Positions 58,989 to 64,000 of a stretch of 64,000 nt of DNA are shown one piece after another. Source of the stretch: an uncultured bacterium (GTDB lineage: Bacteria; Omnitrophota; Gorgyraeia; Duberdicusellales; 4484-171). The stretch covers positions 185 through 64,184 of the forward strand of contig CAJXAF010000002.1 of the NCBI GenBank assembly GCA_913050175.1, read 5' to 3'. The position numbers and the translations under genes are program-made. How positions within the stretch are numbered: the first letter of the stretch is position 1; each line of letters begins with the position of its first letter. The notes under the pieces are model-generated. The model was not told where the DNA came from. It saw nothing but the letters and a program-made list of their open reading frames with translations, and made no database searches.

Positions 58989-60590
58989 CTAAAGAAATTG
59001 ATTGGTTATGGGCATGCGCCTGTCCTTACCAAAAGCTTTAGGCGTTATTTTTATCCCGATTGGTGCCTGGCGGCGTTTATATTCATTTAAATCAACCATA
59101 CGAATTACTTTCTTAACTACTTCTTTCTTATAGCCCATTTTTACTATTTGCTCGCAAGAATAATCTTTCTCTACGTATAGTTTTAAAATTGGATCGAGCA
59201 CTCTATATACTGGCAGGCTATCACTATCCTTCTGATTAGGTTTTAATTCTGCCGAAGGTGCCCTCCTAATAACTGAATTCGGTATAAGTGTAATTTTTGA
59301 AATCTCATTTATGTAGCCGGCAATCCTATAAACTAATAGCTTAGGAACATCTTTTAAGATACCGAAACCACCAACCATATCACCGTAAAGTGTACAATAG
59401 CCGCAGGAAACTTCACTCTTATTGCCCGTATTTAAAACTAAATAACCAAATTTATTGGAAAAGGCCATTAAGATATTCCCTCTAATCCTAGCCTGAAGAT
59501 TTTCCTCGGTTACGCCTAAAATAGAACCTTTAAGATGATCACTTAACTCCTTAAGGTAAGATTGCAAAATTCTGTCAATATTGACAACTCTATGCTTTAT
59601 ACCTAGGTTCTGACAAATTTTCTTAGCATCGCGAAATGTCTCCTTAGAAGTATAATTTGAAGGCATGATCAAACCATAAACATTATTTTTGCCTAAAGCT
59701 AATCTGGCTAAACTTACAACTACAGCCGAATCAATCCCGCCGCTTACACCAACCACCACCTTGGTGAATTTATTTTTATTCACATAGTCAAAAAGACCTA
59801 GCTTTAATGCTGAGTACGCCTCTTCTTCTAATTTAGAGATTATTTTTGTCTGAGCGGATGTTTTTACTTTTTTGAGATCAAAAGTAAACAACTCTTCCTT
59901 AAATCGCTTAGCACAAGCAATTATTTTGCCGGTTTCGGATACAACCTTACTTGTTCCATCAAAAACTATCTCATCCTGGCCACCAACCAAATTGCAGTAA
60001 AAAACGCTGCTTTTTATTTTCTTTGCTGCTTTAGCTAAAATTTTCTCTCGTTGAGTAATCTTGCCCAAATGAAATGGAGACGCAGAAATATTTATAATGA
60101 AATCAATGTTTTTGCCCTTTAAGGAATCGATGATTTCATCCTCCCAGATGTCTTCGCAGATAGTAACTGCAAATGTATATTTACCAAGTTTATATAAGGG
60201 CAGGACATGCCCGGGGTAAAAGTACCTTTTTTCATCAAAGACACCGTAATTGGGAAGAATTATCTTACGATATACATCTTTGACCCTCTTATCCTGAATA
60301 ACTGCACAAGAATTAAAAAGATTACCTGCTTCTTCATCTACAAAACCAACTAAAACAGTTATCCCCTGACACTTACTTTTAATAAGACCTAAAAAATGCT
60401 TATTTCTCTTAATAAAATGAGATTTATGCAGTAGGTCTTCCGGGGGATAGCCGACTAAGGCTAACTCAGGAAAAGCAACCAGGTCAGCTCCACTTTTTCT
60501 GGCCTTGCTTATATATTGAATGATTTTTAAGGCATTACCCTCAAGATCACCAACTGTTGGATTAATTTGTCCTAATGCTATCTTAAACAT
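58989..60590 (-). CDS. nadE: glutamine-dependent NAD+ synthetase
   Basis: 533 aa; N-terminal nitrilase/CN-hydrolase domain (E-K-C triad context FPELALVGYP...VTICED) fused to NAD synthetase domain with PP-loop GVSGGIDS. Confidence 0.9.
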   Translation of the reverse strand: MFKIALGQINPTVGDLEGNALKIIQYISKARKSGADLVAFPELALVGYPPEDLLHKSHFIKRNKHFLGLIKSKCQGITVLVGFVDEEAGNLFNSCAVIQDKRVKDVYRKIILPNYGVFDEKRYFYPGHVLPLYKLGKYTFAVTICEDIWEDEIIDSLKGKNIDFIINISASPFHLGKITQREKILAKAAKKIKSSVFYCNLVGGQDEIVFDGTSKVVSETGKIIACAKRFKEELFTFDLKKVKTSAQTKIISKLEEEAYSALKLGLFDYVNKNKFTKVVVGVSGGIDSAVVVSLARLALGKNNVYGLIMPSNYTSKETFRDAKKICQNLGIKHRVVNIDRILQSYLKELSDHLKGSILGVTEENLQARIRGNILMAFSNKFGYLVLNTGNKSEVSCGYCTLYGDMVGGFGILKDVPKLLVYRIAGYINEISKITLIPNSVIRRAPSAELKPNQKDSDSLPVYRVLDPILKLYVEKDYSCEQIVKMGYKKEVVKKVIRMVDLNEYKRRQAPIGIKITPKAFGKDRRMPITNQFL

Positions 60591-60595
60591 CTTGG

Positions 60596-60678
60596 CTAAT
60601 TATACCCCTTTTTCTCATCACTTCCCACCTCTTTCTTCACTCCCCACTCCCCTCTCTTTCTCTACACTCTCTTCACCT
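60596..60678. repeat. 83-nt G-free polypyrimidine (plus strand) / polypurine (minus strand) tract filling the dtd-nadE spacer
   Basis: No G on the plus strand from 60596 to 60678 (tatacccctttttctcatcacttcccacctctttcttcactccccactcccctctctttctctacactctcttcacc). On the minus-strand mRNA it reads as a GA-rich leader with several GGAG/GGGG motifs ending ...AAAGGGGUAUAAUUAGCCAAG-AUG(nadE). Confidence 0.6.
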
Positions 60679-61119
60679 GGATTTACTGTCCAAAATAATA
60701 TTAACCGGTCCGTTAAGAGAAAGGTCTATATCCATATGCTTACCAAAACTACCCTTTTTTACAACTACACCATAGTTTAAAAGACATTGGACAAACTCGT
60801 CAAATAAAGAGCTGGCCTCTATCGGAGCCATAGTATCATCAAAAGATGGACGCCGGCCGCGACTAGTTCGAGCACAAAGTGTAAAATTAGGTATGCATAA
60901 AAGCTCTAGATTTAGATCTTTAAGCGAATAGTCCATCTTAGCTTTATCGTTGGCAAAAATTCTTAAATTTATAACTTTATTTGCCATTTCCTTGGCGACT
61001 AAATCATTATCTCCTTTTTCTATACCAACAAATAAAACCAAACCCCTATTGCAGCTGGATACAGTGGCGCTATCTACCTTTACAGAACCTTGGTTAATTT
61101 TTGAAAGAAGAATTTTCAT
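60673..61119 (-). CDS. dtd: D-aminoacyl-tRNA deacylase
   Basis: 148 aa; SQFTL-equivalent NFTLCA and NGPVNI motifs. Confidence 0.85.
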   Translation of the reverse strand: MKILLSKINQGSVKVDSATVSSCNRGLVLFVGIEKGDNDLVAKEMANKVINLRIFANDKAKMDYSLKDLNLELLCIPNFTLCARTSRGRRPSFDDTMAPIEASSLFDEFVQCLLNYGVVVKKGSFGKHMDIDLSLNGPVNIILDSKSR

Positions 61120-62029
61120 GTAAGAACCCTTGGCATATACCTTTTTCTTTAAACTTTATCCTTAATTCTCCGATGACTTTACCCTTTTGATTTATCCATT
61201 CAGGAGCCACTAAATAATCAGGGTTAGCACTTGAGCTTAATCTAAAAACAACCATATCTTTAGGTATAAGCTGTAAAAATTGAAAAAGAATATCGACATA
61301 TTCCTGGCGACTTAAGAGTTTAATTTTATTACTTTCATATAATTTATGAAAAGGGGTATCCTTTAAAATATGAAAAGAGTGCAATTTAATACCTTGAATG
61401 TCGAGGGAAGATAAACGCCTGGCATCTAAAAGTATGTCATCGGTAGTTGTATCTGGTAAACCTAAAATCATGTGCACGCCAACATTTATATCAAATTTTC
61501 GTGTTTGCTCCAGAGTTTTAAGAAAATCTTTGCATGTATGGTTTCGATTAATAGCCGCTAAAATCTTATCATGGGTTGTTTGCAGACCGTACTCAAGCCA
61601 GACTAAGTAGTCTTTCTTATATTCTGATATTAGCTTAAGTTTATTCTCATCTATACAATCACAGCGAGTGGAAATAAACAAGCCTACTATCTGAGGAAAT
61701 TTTCTTATTACCTCATATCTTTCTTTTAAAACTTCTATATCGGCGTTAGTATTGCTAAAAGCTTGAAAGTAAGCGATGAATTTATTAGCTTTCGCGGATT
61801 TTGAGTAAAATTCTATTGATTCTCTAATTTGATCTTCTAAAGACTTAAGACTGCCGGCATAATGAGAGAAACCTTTGTTGTTACAGTAACTACAACCATC
61901 CTCACTTAGACTGCCGTCAAGATTAGGACAATTAAAACCGGCATCCAGACTAATTCTCTGTACGCGCTCGCCAAATTGCTTCCTTAAATACTGGTTAAAA
62001 GAGTAAAATTCTTCGCTCAATTCTACCAT
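61094..62029 (-). CDS. radical SAM protein, TIGR01212 (YhcC-like) family
   Basis: 311 aa; CPNLDGSLSEDGCSYC N-terminal radical SAM cysteine motif characteristic of TIGR01212. Confidence 0.75.
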   Translation of the reverse strand: MVELSEEFYSFNQYLRKQFGERVQRISLDAGFNCPNLDGSLSEDGCSYCNNKGFSHYAGSLKSLEDQIRESIEFYSKSAKANKFIAYFQAFSNTNADIEVLKERYEVIRKFPQIVGLFISTRCDCIDENKLKLISEYKKDYLVWLEYGLQTTHDKILAAINRNHTCKDFLKTLEQTRKFDINVGVHMILGLPDTTTDDILLDARRLSSLDIQGIKLHSFHILKDTPFHKLYESNKIKLLSRQEYVDILFQFLQLIPKDMVVFRLSSSANPDYLVAPEWINQKGKVIGELRIKFKEKGICQGFLHENSSFKN

Positions 62030-62036
62030 CGTTTAC

Positions 62037-62561
62037 TTATGCTTTACTAAATATGCAACCACAATAATCCTGCCGGTAAAGTTTGTGTTCCTTGGCTAGG
62101 GCAATAGTCTTTTTAAAGCCGTCCTTCTTTTTAAAATCAATTGCCAAAAATGAATCACCGGCAATACTTTTTCCAATTTCAAATATCTCCTTACTCTTTT
62201 TATAAGGACTAATCGTAAGAGTAGTAGCAATATAATCAAACTTTGCGGCTTTAGCCTCTTTAAAGGTTTCTTTTAACCTAAGCTCATAGCAAAGCGCACA
62301 TCTCTTATCGCCTTCTTTCTGATTAGCATAAGGACTGCATAAATCATGCCACTGGCTCGAACCAGATTCTTTCTCAAGAAAATCAACTTTTTCTAACCTG
62401 CACACTTCTTCTGCCACTTCCTTCCTTCGCGCGTACTCATCTTGGGGATGAATATTAGGGTTGTAGAAAAATCCTTTAACACTAAAACCATCGTTTTTCA
62501 ATTTTCTTAATGAATATATACCGCAGACACCGCAGCAAATATGCAACAAAACTGTTTTCAT
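62037..62561 (-). CDS. queH: epoxyqueuosine reductase QueH (DUF208)
   Basis: 174 aa; LLHICCGVC and CALCYELR...CGC Cys motifs of QueH. Confidence 0.75.
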   Translation of the reverse strand: MKTVLLHICCGVCGIYSLRKLKNDGFSVKGFFYNPNIHPQDEYARRKEVAEEVCRLEKVDFLEKESGSSQWHDLCSPYANQKEGDKRCALCYELRLKETFKEAKAAKFDYIATTLTISPYKKSKEIFEIGKSIAGDSFLAIDFKKKDGFKKTIALAKEHKLYRQDYCGCIFSKA

Positions 62562-62693
62562 TGAATTTTGCCCCTCACGATAAAACCCAGGCTTTTAAGC
62601 CAAAGATAAAAGCAGTTGCAGGATTCCGCTCCCCAAGAAGAGTCGCGTAGAAAATCACAGACTTTAGCCAGCGGAGCTTCATTTTTATTTAGT

Positions 62694-63518
62694 CTAAAGG
62701 TCAAAATAATCTTTGACTGTAATGAAATCGACTTTTTCTTCTATCCGGGGAAGGTTGTTTCTTAGAAAATCAACAGTGCTTTTTTTGGGGTGGGCAATAA
62801 CAATTATCTTACCCTTGGATTGTGCTTTTAAAATGAGTTCCTCTATCCTCTCCTCCATAAAGGCCGTATCATCTAAAGAATCAAGGAAGCCTTCGTTGTA
62901 ACCACAGACCAGTCCGCTTGAATTAGCTACCTCATAAGCAACTGAATTCGCTGAAGTCTTGCTATCGACAAAAATTAAACCTTTATTCTTTACAGCTTTC
63001 ATAACAATCTCCATCAACCTTCTATCCTGAGTTGCCTCTGAGCCCATATGATTGTTAACCCCTATAGCGATACGTATATAATTGAGGTATCGTCTAAGGA
63101 TTGCTTCGACTTCTCGTTTGCTTAAATCACTACTTATAAACCTGTATTTGGCAGATTCAATCTTCGAACGGTCCTCCGGCGCCAGAGGAAGATGGATAAA
63201 AACCGAGAAACCGCACCGCGCACCAATATGGGCTATGTTTCTAGAAAACTTTAAATCAGGAATTACTGATATTGTAAGAGGAATATTAAGTTTATATAAT
63301 TGCCTTAATTCCTCTAGACTTCCCCCCAAATCATCAAAAATAATAGCAATTTGACCGCGAACCTGGGTATTTTTTATTTTAAGCGGCACTACCTCCGTTA
63401 AGTCGATGAAAGAGTTATTGTTTGTCGTTACATGGTTGTTACGGTTTACTGATTTATAGAAAAAAATCGGTGTTGCTATGAGAATTATGAAAAATGTAAC
63501 TCTTATAAATCTAGCCAT
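62694..63518 (-). CDS. divergent polysaccharide deacetylase family protein (YibQ-like)
   Basis: 274 aa; N-terminal TM anchor then the YibQ-type deacetylase domain (IAIIFDDLG...HLPLAP...VNNHMGS). Confidence 0.65.
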   Translation of the reverse strand: MARFIRVTFFIILIATPIFFYKSVNRNNHVTTNNNSFIDLTEVVPLKIKNTQVRGQIAIIFDDLGGSLEELRQLYKLNIPLTISVIPDLKFSRNIAHIGARCGFSVFIHLPLAPEDRSKIESAKYRFISSDLSKREVEAILRRYLNYIRIAIGVNNHMGSEATQDRRLMEIVMKAVKNKGLIFVDSKTSANSVAYEVANSSGLVCGYNEGFLDSLDDTAFMEERIEELILKAQSKGKIIVIAHPKKSTVDFLRNNLPRIEEKVDFITVKDYFDL

Positions 63519-64000
63519 TTATCACTTTTAATAAATTTTCGTAGGCTTGCTGAGGATTGTCGCTTTTAAGTATTGCACTGCCCACACAAATATAGTCGGC
63601 CCCGGCTTTTCTGGCATTGGCAACATTGGTAAGCTTCATACCTCCATCAATGCCTATATTTTTTTCCGGATAAGCACCTTTAAAGTCTTTCATCTTATCT
63701 AAAACCTCAGGAATAAAGGTAGCCCCGTAGAATCCAGGGTTTACCGAGAGAAACAAAACCGTGTCTATCTGAGGCAGGAGATTTGAAAATTCACTGATTT
63801 TCGTCTCTGGATTTACGGCTATCCCGACCTTAAAACCTTTGGCTTTTATCTGAGAAATTATTTGGCTGTGATCTTTATCAATCTCATAGTGATATATTAT
63901 CCTTTCTGAACCTATTTCTTTAAAGGCATCCAACCATTCTAGGGGATCGGTTACCATAAGATGAGCCTCGCTGCGTATTGATGATTTTAAATTTTTCAAA
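63511..64000 (-). CDS. rpe: ribulose-phosphate 3-epimerase, partial (N-terminus beyond window end)
   Basis: Open frame continues through position 64000; HLMVTDP..., VNPGFYGATFIPEVLDKM, GIDGG motifs of Rpe. The ORF-track start is an internal TTG. Confidence 0.85.
   Translation of the reverse strand, partial: LKNLKSSIRSEAHLMVTDPLEWLDAFKEIGSERIIYHYEIDKDHSQIISQIKAKGFKVGIAVNPETKISEFSNLLPQIDTVLFLSVNPGFYGATFIPEVLDKMKDFKGAYPEKNIGIDGGMKLTNVANARKAGADYICVGSAILKSDNPQQAYENLLKVING

Overview
This window is a low-GC (~35%) bacterial chromosomal segment encoding housekeeping functions, with almost everything on the minus strand. Its core is a single ~30 kb co-directional cluster covering transcription and translation genes.

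In minus-strand transcription order the cluster reads: ligA, tRNA-Thr, rpmG, tRNA-Trp, secE, nusG, rplK/A/J/L, rpoB, rpoC, rpsL, rpsG, fusA, tuf, the S10 operon (rpsJ through rpsQ), the spc operon (rplN through rplO, secY, adk, map, infA, rpmJ) and the alpha operon (rpsM, rpsK, rpsD, rpoA, rplQ). rpmD (L30) is absent.

Other genes flank this cluster:
- Low coordinates: partial acyl-CoA dehydrogenase, a GNAT acetyltransferase, a PagL-like outer-membrane beta-barrel protein, an Lpd-family flavoprotein, leuC and leuD with a pilT retraction ATPase inserted between them, and an aspartate aminotransferase.
- High coordinates: acylphosphatase, a metallophosphoesterase, fmt, a PriA homolog lacking the Walker A motif, a GT28/GmhB/GT2 envelope glycosylation trio, RsuA-family pseudouridine synthase, MtaB, RsmE and tRNA-Ala(CGC).
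- Also at high coordinates: a TPR-ExbB-ExbD module followed by four small uncharacterised genes (one PilX_N-like), uvrA, a cofactor cluster (nadX, panC, folK, nadE), dtd, a TIGR01212 radical SAM protein, queH, a YibQ-like deacetylase and a partial rpe.

No CRISPR array, IS element, prophage or integrase is evident. The PagL-like barrel, heptose phosphatase, ExbBD and type IV pilus components indicate a diderm. Zn-ribbon forms of L24, L33, L36 and S14 are encoded.

The candidates for novelty are modest:
- the ExbBD-linked small-gene module;
- the ATPase-motif-less PriA;
- a Zn-ribbon L24;
- an RNA hairpin between rpsJ and rplC;
- an 83-nt G-free polypurine/polypyrimidine tract in front of nadE;
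- the leuC-pilT-leuD interleaving.
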